Part shown: positions 9,600 to 19,326 of the stretch, piece by piece
Layout of the letters: every line of letters begins with the position of its first letter
How positions within the stretch are numbered: the first letter of the stretch is position 1
Assembly (NCBI GenBank): GCA_963663035.1
Contig: OY760074.1
Location: 1-64,000 of the forward strand
Source of the DNA: Acidobacteriota bacterium
Lineage (GTDB): Bacteria; Acidobacteriota; UBA6911; RPQK01; JADFOI01
Direction: 5' to 3'
DNA: 64,000 bases
Made by a program: the position numbers and the translations under genes
The notes under the pieces: generated by a model
The model's database searches: none
Seen by the model: only the letters and a program-made list of their open reading frames with translations
What the model was told of the DNA's origin: nothing

Positions 9600-10435
9600 C
9601 GGAGTTCACTGCTCCACTGCCATTCCAAACCCGAGTTCTTATCCCAGCCTTCATCCGATTTACTGGTTTTTTGCTGGGCGGACAGGTTGCGCCCATGCTG
9701 TTGGCCTGGATTTTCGATTTCTTCGCCATTGTGTTGGCGGTCATTGGCTTCAGGAGATACCTCAGGGCATGGCTTTCAGCTTACAGCTCTTCTTTCGGTG
9801 CGCTGCTACTTTACGTCCTTCTTCTCCTTCACTATTTATTTACCCCTCCTAGTCAACGTATTCTCTATCCCTATGACTTACCCGCTCTTGCCTTTATCGC
9901 TTTGGGATTGGTCTTTGGACGAGAGCGAAATTGGAAGTTTTATTACCCCCTTTTCTTCTTTGCCTGTTTGAACAGGGAGAGCGCCTGTCTGCTCACACTG
10001 GGTCACACTGCCGCCACCCTGAATGGATGGAAAATGCCTGGGTGGTGGCCCCATTTAACAGCGCAGTTTCTCATCTGGTGTGGATCCTGGGTTGGCCTGC
10101 GTTATCTTTTCCAGGGCAATCCCGGGGTGATCTTTGAAGACCACCTGGCCATGAACATCATGAGGCTTATCTCCTCTTCTAGTTGGGTGCTGCTACCCAT
10201 CAGCCTTGGTTACCTGATCCTCGTCTCCTGGAGACGAATCCCCGCCTATCTCAAGAAGCAGTTACTCACCGTGCCCTTTTTGTTTTCTCTCATGGTTTTC
10301 GTTGGCAATATTGACGAGTTCAGAGTCTATGGATAACTCCTTCCTTACGTTGCGGCGGCAGCATGGGTGGGACTTGCCTCTCTACTGTGGGACCTCAAGG
10401 GAACGGGATTCCTGCGTTTTTTGAAACGAGGCTGA
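9600..10435 (+). pseudogene. Polytopic membrane protein (GT-C-like), 5'-truncated, with an in-frame TAA at 10334..10336
   Basis: PFQTRVL..., YPYDLP, LNRES and DEFRVYG* followed in frame by LLPYVAAAAWVGL... to a TGA at 10435. Confidence 0.6.
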
Positions 10436-10529
10436 GGGTGAGTTTCAAGACACGAGCTTGTGCGGATCAATTTAAAGCCTCAGCGGCCAGCAATGAACCC
10501 CAGTCTTCTCTTGCTGCTATCCAGGCAGC

Positions 10530-11390
10530 TCAAACGCCCGTCGAGAACACGATGGTTCGTCGTTTGGATACGATGATGCGGCGTTCAAGATGAGCTTTCA
10601 CGGCTCGAGCCAAAACGATGCGCTCTATATCTCTGCCGATCTGTTCCAGGTCCTTATTGGAGTGTTCGTGAGTCACTGATTCGACATCCTGTTCGATCAC
10701 CGGGCCCTCGTCCAGCTCCGCGATAACATAATGAGCGGTAGCTCCTATCATTTTTACGCCCGTGTCATAGGCCTGCTGGTAAGGATTCGGACCCTTAAAG
10801 GCAGGAAGAAACGAATGGTGAATATTGACAATCTTTTGTGGATATCCTTTCACGAACTCTTCTGACAGGATCTGCATATAACGCGCAAGCACCACCAGGT
10901 CGATGTGGTGCTGTTTGAGGAGCTGGAGAACTTGCCCCTCTTGCTGGGACTTCTTCTCCTTGCTGGTTGGGAAACAGTAAAAAGGAATCCTGAATTTGTC
11001 TGCCACAGACTCCAGTTTGGGGTGATTGCTGATAACTACTGGAATCTCACAGCTGATCTCGCCTTCCTGCTGTCTCATGAGCAGGTCAAAAAGACAGTGA
11101 GGTGACTTTGTTGCGAGGATTGCAACCCGCTGCAGACGGTCTGAATAGTGAACCGACCACTCCAAGTTGAGGGGGCCTCCAAACTCTTCAAATTCCCTCT
11201 CCAGGTCCCCCCTCGAGCAGGGAAGACTGTCCAGAGCCAATTTCAGCCGCATAAAATACTGATTCTTTGCGATGTCTGTATATTGCTGGCAATGGAGGAT
11301 GTTGAAGCCCTTCTCATAGAAAAAGGTACTGATTCGTGCAACCAAGCCCGTTTGGTCGGGACACTGAATCAGAAAGACAACGTGGCTCAT
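10530..11390 (-). CDS. purU: Formyltetrahydrofolate deformylase
   Basis: N-terminal ACT domain (CPDQTGLVA), LARYMQIL, NIHHSFLPAF, GATAHYV..ELDEGP. Confidence 0.96.
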   Translation of the reverse strand: MSHVVFLIQCPDQTGLVARISTFFYEKGFNILHCQQYTDIAKNQYFMRLKLALDSLPCSRGDLEREFEEFGGPLNLEWSVHYSDRLQRVAILATKSPHCLFDLLMRQQEGEISCEIPVVISNHPKLESVADKFRIPFYCFPTSKEKKSQQEGQVLQLLKQHHIDLVVLARYMQILSEEFVKGYPQKIVNIHHSFLPAFKGPNPYQQAYDTGVKMIGATAHYVIAELDEGPVIEQDVESVTHEHSNKDLEQIGRDIERIVLARAVKAHLERRIIVSKRRTIVFSTGV

Positions 11391-11548
11391 GACGACCTTT
11401 ACTGAGGAATCATTCCTTACTTCAGTATAAAGAAATCCCCCCGATCATAGCGGAAAATACCCCGACCACTCTCGAAATCAGTGTACCGAGACTTGCTTCC
11501 CTCTGGTGATTTTCATTGCCTTCATATCTCTAAAGCCTTAACATCTAG

Positions 11549-11756
11549 CCGGGATTATGAATAGGTTTTCGTGACGAAGTGCCGCAGGCGCCACGATGAC
11601 AAGGCGTGTGAGGGGTACCCGCTTGCGGATCGAGCCCCGCAGGCGTACTCATGCAGTACGCCTGCGGAGCCCAAGGGGTACCCGCTTGCGGGTCGCACAA
11701 CGCAGTCAGCGTGGATGATTGCGGCACTGCAGTAGAAAATTTATGCATAGTTCCGG
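11549..11756. mobile_element. MITE family A, 208-bp expanded copy (inverted relative to the other two)
   Basis: Ends CCGGGATTATGAATAG...TTATGCATAGTTCCGG. The body is the reverse complement of 41606..41750 and 47814..47958, plus 63 extra bp. Confidence 0.9.
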
Positions 11757-11794
11757 CTGAGACAACGCAGACCTACGTTGGGAGGAATCAAATA

Positions 11795-13324
11795 GTGATC
11801 GGCAACACCATTTCCCATTACAAAATCCTGGAGAAACTCGGTGGAGGTTACTTCTGGCGGGCAGTAGCCGGGGGTGTCATTGTCCTTGTCCTGTTGGGCT
11901 TGGCTTGCTCTGGGCCATCCACTCCCGCTCCAACACCGGAAGCCATCGATTCCATTGCCATACTGCCTTTTGAGAACATCAACAATGATCCCGACTGGGA
12001 ATTCGTGAGTGACGGTATTGCCGAGGGGATTATCAACAGTTTTTCTCAATTGAGCGATCTGAAAGTCATCCCTCGAGCTTCTTCTTTTCGTTATCGGGGA
12101 CAGGATATCGATCCACAGAGCACAGGGAACGAGCTGGGAGTCGGTGCAGTGGTGACGGGAAAAGTTCTGGTGCGCGGTGGTGATCTCTTGATCCGAGCAG
12201 AGCTGGTGGATACTGAAAAAGACAGTCAGATGTGGGAGGCAGAGTACGAGGGAAGCCTCAGAGAAATTCTCCAGCTGCAGCAAAACATCGTCAGGGAAAT
12301 CTCCGACGAATTGGGCTTACAGCTCACTTCTGAAGAGGCCACACAACTTGCCAGGACTTACACCGACAACGACCAGGCACACGCAGCCTATCTCAAGGGC
12401 AGATTCGAAGAGGTCAAGTTGAGTGCGCGAGGTCACCGTGACGCGATCCAATACTTTGAGGAAGCCATCGAAGCAGACCCCAACTACGCTCGCGCATACG
12501 TCGGAGTGTCCCGAGCCTACCGGGATCTTGCCATCCCTCTTTTTGCCTTAACGGCGCCGGCGGCCATGCCCAAGGCCGAAGAAATGGCACTGAAGGCACT
12601 GGAGTTGGATGACCAGTTCGCCGAGGCTCATGCCGTTCGGGGGGATGTGCTTCGTGCCTTCCACTGGGACTGGGCGGAAGCCGAAAAAGAATACAAAAGG
12701 GCCATAGAACTTGATCCCAGTTCTTTCGATGCCCACTATGGATATGCGTTTCTGCTGGGGGCCCTGGGACGCCATGATGAATCGATCATTGAAATCAAAC
12801 TTGCCCAGCAGGTTGATCCTCTCAACCCAGCAGCCAGAACGGCAGCGGCTTCAATGTTCCGCTATGCGCGCCGATACGAGGAATCCATTGAGCAACTAGA
12901 GGCCGTACTTGAGATAGAGCCAGACTTCGCGGGGGCCTATCAGAGACTGGCTTTGATCTATGAACTCACGGGCCTCTATCAGGAAGCTGCAGCAGCCCGG
13001 CAACAGGAGCAGATTCTTGGGGGAGCCAGTACGGGAAAGATGGCGGGAATCTTAAAAGCCGCAGCCACGGGTAAAGAGGCCTACTGGCGATGGTGGCTAG
13101 GCTACAACCAGGAGAAAGCAAAAAAAGAATATTTCTCACCCCGTGAGTTTGCTGGCATCTATGCACAACTGGGTGAGAAGGACCAGGCCTTTGAGTGGTT
13201 GGAGAAGGCCTTTGCAGACCGAGTTCCTGGTCTGTTCAATATCAAAGTAGCGCCAGGGTGGGACCCCCTGCGCGACGACCCTCGCTTCACTGACCTGCTT
13301 CAGCGGATGAATTTGATGCCCTGA
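11795..13324 (+). CDS. TolB-like N-domain plus TPR protein; kinase-family derivative lacking the kinase domain
   Basis: GGAGGA RBS and GTG start. SIAILPFEN...DGIAEGII..SQL..LKVI, multiple TPRs, and a C-terminal WDPLRDDPRF. The longer ORF start at 11651 lies inside the MITE. Confidence 0.88.
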   Translation: MIGNTISHYKILEKLGGGYFWRAVAGGVIVLVLLGLACSGPSTPAPTPEAIDSIAILPFENINNDPDWEFVSDGIAEGIINSFSQLSDLKVIPRASSFRYRGQDIDPQSTGNELGVGAVVTGKVLVRGGDLLIRAELVDTEKDSQMWEAEYEGSLREILQLQQNIVREISDELGLQLTSEEATQLARTYTDNDQAHAAYLKGRFEEVKLSARGHRDAIQYFEEAIEADPNYARAYVGVSRAYRDLAIPLFALTAPAAMPKAEEMALKALELDDQFAEAHAVRGDVLRAFHWDWAEAEKEYKRAIELDPSSFDAHYGYAFLLGALGRHDESIIEIKLAQQVDPLNPAARTAAASMFRYARRYEESIEQLEAVLEIEPDFAGAYQRLALIYELTGLYQEAAAARQQEQILGGASTGKMAGILKAAATGKEAYWRWWLGYNQEKAKKEYFSPREFAGIYAQLGEKDQAFEWLEKAFADRVPGLFNIKVAPGWDPLRDDPRFTDLLQRMNLMP

Positions 13325-13370
13325 GCCGCACCAGTTGTGCAATCCCGGCTATAATCTAACAGGGTAAAGA

Positions 13371-13877
13371 ATGAGTACTTTTAGCGAGCGCATCATTGGA
13401 GCGGCCCAGCTCGAGGTCCAAGTTTATAAGGACGTCAAAGCGGATACCACTGCAATTGGCCAAGCCATGACGGTGGTGGCGCTCTCCAGCCTGGCTGCGG
13501 GTATCAGTGCCATTTCCCTGGGCGGGATTCGCCCTTTCCTGACAGATGCCGTTACAGCTCTGATCGGGTGGTTCGTGTGGGTCTTGATTGTGTACCTCGT
13601 CGGAACCAGGATTCTCCCCGAACCGGATACCGGCTCCGACCTAAAGCAGGTGCTGCGCACCACCGGTTTCGCGGCCTCTCCGGGAGTGCTGCGGGTGGTT
13701 GGGTTGATCCCGTTTCTTCGTTCCTTCACGGAAATCGCAGTCATGATCTGGATGGTCCTGGGCATGCTCATCGCGGTGCGGCAGGCGCTGGACTACAACA
13801 GCTTCGAGCGGGCGGTGGGGGTGTGCCTGATCGGATGGGTCGCCCACATCGTGATCATGGTGATCTTGAGCGGTTAG
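13371..13877 (+). CDS. YIP1-family membrane protein
   Basis: Several TM helices, LRTTGFAASPG and AVRQALDY; TATAAT about 20 bp upstream. Confidence 0.8.
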   Translation: MSTFSERIIGAAQLEVQVYKDVKADTTAIGQAMTVVALSSLAAGISAISLGGIRPFLTDAVTALIGWFVWVLIVYLVGTRILPEPDTGSDLKQVLRTTGFAASPGVLRVVGLIPFLRSFTEIAVMIWMVLGMLIAVRQALDYNSFERAVGVCLIGWVAHIVIMVILSG

Positions 13878-13888
13878 CTTCCGAACAC

Positions 13889-14737
13889 TCATCCCTGGGA
13901 AATTTTGTCGATGGCCTGGACCAGAAGACGGTTGAAGGTCTCAGGAGCCTCCATCATGATGAAGTGGCCTACCTTGGGCACCAGGGACACTTCAAAAGAT
14001 TCAAAGGAAGAAGCGAAGCTCTCAACAACTTGAAGGAAGGGCCCATTGTGCTCTGCCTGGATGATAAAAACTGGTATTCGCAGCCGCTCCAGTGCCTGTG
14101 GGAACTCGACTTTCCCCCAATCGTAGATGCCTTCCATGGCAGCGATGCCCACCTCGGGGGGACCGGCCGACAGCTCAGCAACGAACTTTTCAACCAGGTT
14201 GGCATCAGAAGTGGAACCACACAGTGCGTGGCGCACCCACTTTTGAGTTGTTGCAACGAAATCCGTATAGAAAGGGGCCAGGCGCTGCTCTCGTTCTTCT
14301 GGAGTCAGCCGTGCCCACCAGTCAAAGTAAGTATCAACTCCTACTAAAGCCAGGACCCGTCCAGGCATCCTCATCGCTGCCTCCAGGACAACAATTCCCC
14401 CCATCGAGTGCCCTACAATCACAAACTCATCCAGGTCCAGATGGTCGGCGACCGCCACCACATCCTGGCCAAAGGCTGGGATGGTCCAATCCTGACGATT
14501 GAGTCCTGACTCCCCGTGGCCTGCCAGGTCCATGGTCACCACCTTGTAGTGGGGGGCAAAGTGCATGACCTGAGGATTCCAATAACTGGGGTGACAGGAC
14601 CATCCGTGAACGAAAAACAGGGTGGTAGACCCACTGCCCTGCACCTGGTAGTGAATGGGCACACCATCAAAGGAGAGCACAGTCCCTTCTGATGAAACGG
14701 CAGATCTCTGGTTGGAGTCGGACTGATGGGGTGACAT
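13889..14737 (-). CDS. Alpha/beta hydrolase
   Basis: VHGW, DLAGHGES, nucleophile elbow GHSMGG, and GHFIMME. Confidence 0.92.
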   Translation of the reverse strand: MSPHQSDSNQRSAVSSEGTVLSFDGVPIHYQVQGSGSTTLFFVHGWSCHPSYWNPQVMHFAPHYKVVTMDLAGHGESGLNRQDWTIPAFGQDVVAVADHLDLDEFVIVGHSMGGIVVLEAAMRMPGRVLALVGVDTYFDWWARLTPEEREQRLAPFYTDFVATTQKWVRHALCGSTSDANLVEKFVAELSAGPPEVGIAAMEGIYDWGKVEFPQALERLRIPVFIIQAEHNGPFLQVVESFASSFESFEVSLVPKVGHFIMMEAPETFNRLLVQAIDKISQG

Positions 14738-14754
14738 GTTTTTAGCTTTCGGCG

Positions 14755-15324
14755 CTATGGGATCTCTATCGACACCTGTTTCTGGAAGCGGAGAGAACTT
14801 CCCGACAGTTTGCTGCCCGTTTTCTTGCTCTTCAGGTACAGAAAGCCTTCCAGCGTGTCACCAGGCGCTATCTCGACCTGCTTGAGTTGGTAGTGTTCTA
14901 AAGCGGCTAGAAGCCTTTGGGCTACATTGACTGAGACTGTCCCGGCCCTCGCTCCAGGTTCCACGGTCGGAACTCGATCCCATTCCTCAGGAGTGGGACG
15001 CCCTCCCGAGTAGGCTTCTGCGTAGATGCCGAGTTGGCCTCCTCTGTAGAACTTCATGATTTGGGGGGTGATTTCCGTGGGGGCAGCACGATTGATCGTC
15101 TTTCCTCCGCTCTCGAAAACCTCCACTTCTCCTGGGTCGAAAGTCCAGATCCCAGAGGAGCCATTTTTGATGCTGAGCTGGAGTACAGCGAAACCCTCAT
15201 TCAGAATCAGCCAGGGGAAATCATCTGGGAGGTCACTTTGCTTCAAGGACGATACTTCGAAAGTGATCTCCTCGACCTGAGGCGTCGAGGCCAGAAACAA
15301 AAACGAAATCAAAAAAACTTTCAT
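14755..15324 (-). CDS. Exported hypothetical protein
   Basis: Hydrophobic N-terminus; 189-aa ORF co-oriented between mscS and the hydrolase. Confidence 0.7.
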   Translation of the reverse strand: MKVFLISFLFLASTPQVEEITFEVSSLKQSDLPDDFPWLILNEGFAVLQLSIKNGSSGIWTFDPGEVEVFESGGKTINRAAPTEITPQIMKFYRGGQLGIYAEAYSGGRPTPEEWDRVPTVEPGARAGTVSVNVAQRLLAALEHYQLKQVEIAPGDTLEGFLYLKSKKTGSKLSGSSLRFQKQVSIEIP

Positions 15325-15359
15325 AGGTTTAGGCCCATACAGCTAACAACTGACAATCT

Positions 15360-16508
15360 TCACGAATCGACCTTTGAGCTGTCGACAGTCAAGGGCCGGT
15401 TGGGATCACCGGCCATGAAAAGGGTCTGGGTGGGGAATGCAAACTCGATACCCTCTTCATTAAACCTGCGCAATATTTCCAGATTAACCCGCTGATTGAA
15501 GGCCAGGTAATCCCAATAGTCGGGAGGGCTATACCAATAGATCACCAGAATGTTGAGAGCCGCATCCTGAAATTCATTAAAAACCACCCGGGGAGGCCGG
15601 TCTGAGGACATTCCCTCGTGATCATCCAGAATAGTTTGAATGATTTCTACAGCTCGTTCTACCTTTTCCGGAGGGGTATCGTAGGTGACCGAAATATTAG
15701 CGACACGCTTCAGGAAAGGGCGTTTTGAAATGTTCTGTATTTTTTCATGAGCCAGCTCCCCGTTGGGGATCGTTACCAAGTGACCATCCAGGGTGCGGAT
15801 TCGCGTGGAACGCAAACCCACCTCCTCAACCGGGCCATCGTAACCGCCTACCACGATGCGGTCGCCCATTTCAAAAGGTTTGTCCACAAAGAGCATGAGA
15901 GAGCCAAACAAGTTCTTCAGGGTGTCCTGGGCCGCCAGGGCCAGGGCCAGACCACCAACGCCTAAGCCCGCAAGGAGGGAAGTGATGGGCTTGTCGCTCA
16001 GGATCGTGGCGGCTTGGACAACCGCCAGAAGGGCAATGGTGACACGGAGACTTTTCCGCACCACTGGAGAGAGCATGTCATCCAGCTTACTTTCCGTTTT
16101 GGCTGCCAATGTCGTCAGCCAATAGCCCACCACATCGACCAAACAGTAACCTACGTAGGCGAGCGCCAGGACGAAAAGGATGGATGCCAGTGTATCGGCG
16201 ATGCCGGTAACGGCTTCTGGCAAGGTCAGGAAAAGCAACCCGATCTCAAGGCCTGCCACAAACAGAAGCGGGCCTATGGAGCGCGCTGTTGCACGAAGGG
16301 CAACAGCCAGGACAGGGGGATATCGTTCGTCCAGGTGATCTGCTGCCCGGGATAGAAAGTATCGGGTTATTTTACCCGCCACAAAGGCGATGAAGATCGC
16401 CAGGAAGAGAACCAGGATTCTCCAAATTTCGTTGCCGGCAAATTGTATTGCTGTCAACTGGTCCCAGATGTTGATAACAGCCTTTCTCCTTTTTACGGAA
16501 CGAAGCAC
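15360..16508 (-). CDS. mscS: MscS-family mechanosensitive channel (start uncertain)
   Basis: LAGLGVGGLALALAAQD, DKPFEMGD, GLRSTRIRT, IPN and GIEFAFPTQ. Confidence 0.92.
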   Translation of the reverse strand: MLRSVKRRKAVINIWDQLTAIQFAGNEIWRILVLFLAIFIAFVAGKITRYFLSRAADHLDERYPPVLAVALRATARSIGPLLFVAGLEIGLLFLTLPEAVTGIADTLASILFVLALAYVGYCLVDVVGYWLTTLAAKTESKLDDMLSPVVRKSLRVTIALLAVVQAATILSDKPITSLLAGLGVGGLALALAAQDTLKNLFGSLMLFVDKPFEMGDRIVVGGYDGPVEEVGLRSTRIRTLDGHLVTIPNGELAHEKIQNISKRPFLKRVANISVTYDTPPEKVERAVEIIQTILDDHEGMSSDRPPRVVFNEFQDAALNILVIYWYSPPDYWDYLAFNQRVNLEILRRFNEEGIEFAFPTQTLFMAGDPNRPLTVDSSKVDS

Positions 16509-16605
16509 TTAGGAGCTAGGAATGTAGGAATGAGGACTTCTTTTTTCGTGTCACCGCGATTGTATTCCGGGGCAGAACGGAGGTCAAGGAGAGCGCCCAT
16601 CGAAC

Positions 16606-16635
16606 TTGACAGTGAGTAAAACTCCCAGCCACAAT
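16606..16635 (+). promoter_or_regulatory. Sigma70-type promoter, probably giving a leaderless RDD transcript
   Basis: TTGACA-18 bp-CACAAT, with the ATG 5 nt later and no RBS. Confidence 0.5.
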
Positions 16636-16640
16636 CTGAG

Positions 16641-17207
16641 ATGGTGAAATGCCCCAATTGCGATTCGATTAACCCGGATGGCGCACTCAGGTGTGATTGC
16701 GGATACGACTTTCAAGCGGGAGGGGTGAGGCCGCCATCCGCTGATCTCGGAGCTTTTGAGTTTGCCGGGTTCTGGATTCGGGTCTGGGCGTCTGTCATTG
16801 ATTCGGCTTTACTCATTCTCCTGGTAGGCCCAATCCTCCTTTCAGTCTATGGCATCAGTTACTTGACTTCAGAAAGCCTCATCCAGGGTCCAATAGACTT
16901 TCTCTTGTCCTGGGTAGCACCCGCTTTGGCGATCATTCTCTTTTGGATCTATAAGTCAGCAACGCCCGGGAAAATGGCGATCTCCACCCGGATTATTGAC
17001 GCTCAGACCGGCTCTCAACCATCAACTGGGCAATTGATAGGAAGATACTTTGCCTATTTGATTTCGGGGGTGCCCCTTTTTTGGGGCTTTCTATGGGTCG
17101 CTTTTGACAGAAGGAAGCAAGGTTGGCATGACAAGTTGGCGGGCACTGTTGTTGTTCGAGTCGACCGCTATCGAGATGATGGGAAAGGTGTGGGGAGGTC
17201 CAGGTGA
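16641..17207 (+). CDS. RDD-family membrane protein with an N-terminal Zn-ribbon
   Basis: CPNC...CDCG, AGFWIR..A..ID, TPGK and QGWHDKLAGT. Confidence 0.9.
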   Translation: MVKCPNCDSINPDGALRCDCGYDFQAGGVRPPSADLGAFEFAGFWIRVWASVIDSALLILLVGPILLSVYGISYLTSESLIQGPIDFLLSWVAPALAIILFWIYKSATPGKMAISTRIIDAQTGSQPSTGQLIGRYFAYLISGVPLFWGFLWVAFDRRKQGWHDKLAGTVVVRVDRYRDDGKGVGRSR

Positions 17208-17283
17208 AAATAGAATGGACCAGCCAGGACTTTTTTGTTATTACATTCTAAACCTGACCAATTGGCGCAGAGAAAGGGGGTCC

Positions 17284-18216
17284 ATGCCTGGTTACAGCGC
17301 TCCTCTGAACAAAAGTGAACTGGAGAATATGCATCTGTTTGCAGGTGTTGACTTCGAATCGGTTATGGGTCTGCTCCAAGGGTGCCCTGTAAATGAGTTA
17401 GAGAAAGATGATGTGCTGCTTCACAAAGGAGAAGGCAATCACTTTGTCTACGTGATCCTTTCCGGTCATCTACGCATTAACCTTGAACTTTCACTGGACC
17501 CAATTACAGTCCTGGGACCAGGAGAGGTGGTCGGTGAACTATCGCTCATTGATGGTCAACCGACCTCGGCCTACGCTATCGCGACTGATCATTGCCGCTT
17601 GTTAGCATTGAACGAGAAAACCGTGTGGTCGCTCGTTGAGGCTTCACACACCGTGGCTCGCAATCTCCTGTTTGTCCTGTCGCGGAGATTGCGGCATGGA
17701 GATTCTGTTATTTTGACAACGCAGCAATTACAGCGGGACTACTCGAGCTATGCTGTGATCGACGCCTTGACGGGTCTGTACAACAGTCGTTGGCTAGATA
17801 ACATGTTGGGGCGCCAGATGGAACGCTGTAAAAGGGCGGAGTGGTCCCTCTCCTTGCTGATTATAGATGTCGATGACTTCAAGAATTACAATGATACTTA
17901 CGGGCAGTTAGCGGGTGATCGGGCGCTTCATACTCTGGCATCAACTCTACGAGAAAGCATGCGTCCAGGCGAGATGATTGCGCGCTGTCGGGGAGACAAA
18001 TTCATCGCCGTCTTGCCGGAGCTGGATGCCGCCACTGCCAGGAGCCTTGGAGAACGAGTGCGTCGGGCCATCGCGGAGATGAAGATATACAGCTTGGAGA
18101 CAGACCGGCTTCCCCCTGTGACTGTCACTATTGGCGCTGCTCAAATGAGGGACCAGGATACGCCGCAGACTTTGATGGCTGCAGCTGGCGAGGCGCTAAC
18201 ATCTCCTGCCGGCTAA
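17284..18216 (+). CDS. cNMP-binding plus degenerate GGDEF protein
   Basis: cNMP domain (GPGEVVGELSL), DALTGLYN, IDVDDFKNYNDTYG; the signature reads RGDKF. Confidence 0.88.
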   Translation: MPGYSAPLNKSELENMHLFAGVDFESVMGLLQGCPVNELEKDDVLLHKGEGNHFVYVILSGHLRINLELSLDPITVLGPGEVVGELSLIDGQPTSAYAIATDHCRLLALNEKTVWSLVEASHTVARNLLFVLSRRLRHGDSVILTTQQLQRDYSSYAVIDALTGLYNSRWLDNMLGRQMERCKRAEWSLSLLIIDVDDFKNYNDTYGQLAGDRALHTLASTLRESMRPGEMIARCRGDKFIAVLPELDAATARSLGERVRRAIAEMKIYSLETDRLPPVTVTIGAAQMRDQDTPQTLMAAAGEALTSPAG

Positions 18217-18222
18217 AGAGAG

Positions 18223-18513
18223 TCAATCCATTTCCCAGGGGCTGGGTGGCTCGTCCAGCTCATCTTTCGAATCGAGGGCCTCACGAAACTTTTTTTCCAG
18301 TCCTTCTTGTCGCTGCTCTTCGTCCAGAAAAGCTTTCTGGAATAATTCGTCAGATTTCTCCTTGCGCGAGTGAACTTGCTCGAGAGCCTCCTCAAAAGTA
18401 AGATCCGACTTCTTCCCTTCAGTGTGGAGAACCAACCCCGTTTTGGGATCGACCGTCAGTTTAGCCTGGCAGCTGGGGCAGACCACTTGAATTCTTGGAG
18501 CTCCTTTTGTCAT
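18223..18513 (-). CDS. Small conserved hypothetical protein (CxxC plus helical tail)
   Basis: GGAGG RBS, VVCPSCQAKLTVD and a charged helical C-terminus. Confidence 0.7.
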   Translation of the reverse strand: MTKGAPRIQVVCPSCQAKLTVDPKTGLVLHTEGKKSDLTFEEALEQVHSRKEKSDELFQKAFLDEEQRQEGLEKKFREALDSKDELDEPPSPWEMD

Positions 18514-18561
18514 TGCCTCCATTCTATCAGGGGGTACTTTCACAGTCTTTTTTTCTCTGCC

Positions 18562-19260
18562 TTACACAGCCCTCTTTGCCAAAGCTTTTCGTGCAATTCG
18601 GGTGATGTAAAGGGTTAACAGAACCGTTGCTATCAGACCGATCACACGAAGAACCCACTCTGCCGCTGTGGTCGAGCGCTCCCCGAGACCGAGAGTGGCG
18701 AGATCACCGGCCAAGGATCCAATGTAGACGTACATCACTGTTCCGGGCAGCATCCCAATCCAGCTGGCCAGGAAGTAATCTCTGAGGGAGACCTGGGTTA
18801 AACCAAAAGCGTAGTTGAGAAGGTTGAAGGGGAATGCGGGCGAGAGACGAGTCAGTCCCACTATTTTCCATCCTTCCTGTGCCACTGCCACATCGATGGT
18901 CTCGAATTTTTGGTTTCCCTGGATCTTTTCTGCGACCCATTGGCGGGCAAAGTAGCGTCCAGTCAGGAAGGCAATGGTAGCTCCCGAAATGGAGGAGATG
19001 GAAACCAGCACAGTACCCTGCATGACTCCAAACAGAGCCCCGGCTGCCATGGTCAGAATAAGGCCTGGGAAGAAGAGAATGGTGGCAAGAATATACAGAG
19101 CAATGAAAAACACTGGCCCCCAGGGGCCAAGTCCGGAGATCCAACCCAATGCGACCCTGAGAAGTTCTTGTGCGTCCAGAATATAGGCAATACTAAACAG
19201 GCCGCCGACCGCCAGGACGACCACTGCCCATTTCCAGCGTGATGTCGATTTAGGCTCCAT
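18562..19260 (-). CDS. TVP38/TMEM64 (DedA/VTT) family membrane protein
   Basis: GATIAFLTGRY, LTRLSPAFPFNLLNY and GMLPGT. Confidence 0.92.
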   Translation of the reverse strand: MEPKSTSRWKWAVVVLAVGGLFSIAYILDAQELLRVALGWISGLGPWGPVFFIALYILATILFFPGLILTMAAGALFGVMQGTVLVSISSISGATIAFLTGRYFARQWVAEKIQGNQKFETIDVAVAQEGWKIVGLTRLSPAFPFNLLNYAFGLTQVSLRDYFLASWIGMLPGTVMYVYIGSLAGDLATLGLGERSTTAAEWVLRVIGLIATVLLTLYITRIARKALAKRAV

Positions 19261-19326
19261 CTCTAGGCCCGAGAGTCAGGACGGATGCTGTGGGCGTCAC
19301 AATAGTAAACTAATGCATCATCCGGA

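Noticed and set aside
2173-10500. Integrative island at tRNA-Ser
   Set aside because: The downstream content is accessory-like, but I found no integrase and no duplicated tRNA 3' end in the window.
11651-11794. N-terminal 48 aa of the 557-aa ORF
   Set aside because: Mostly translated MITE-A sequence; the RBS and family homology place the start at 11795.
13338-13351. Possible MITE-A end relic (AATCCCGGCT) beside the YIP1 -10 box
   Set aside because: Only about 10 bp of match, which could be chance.
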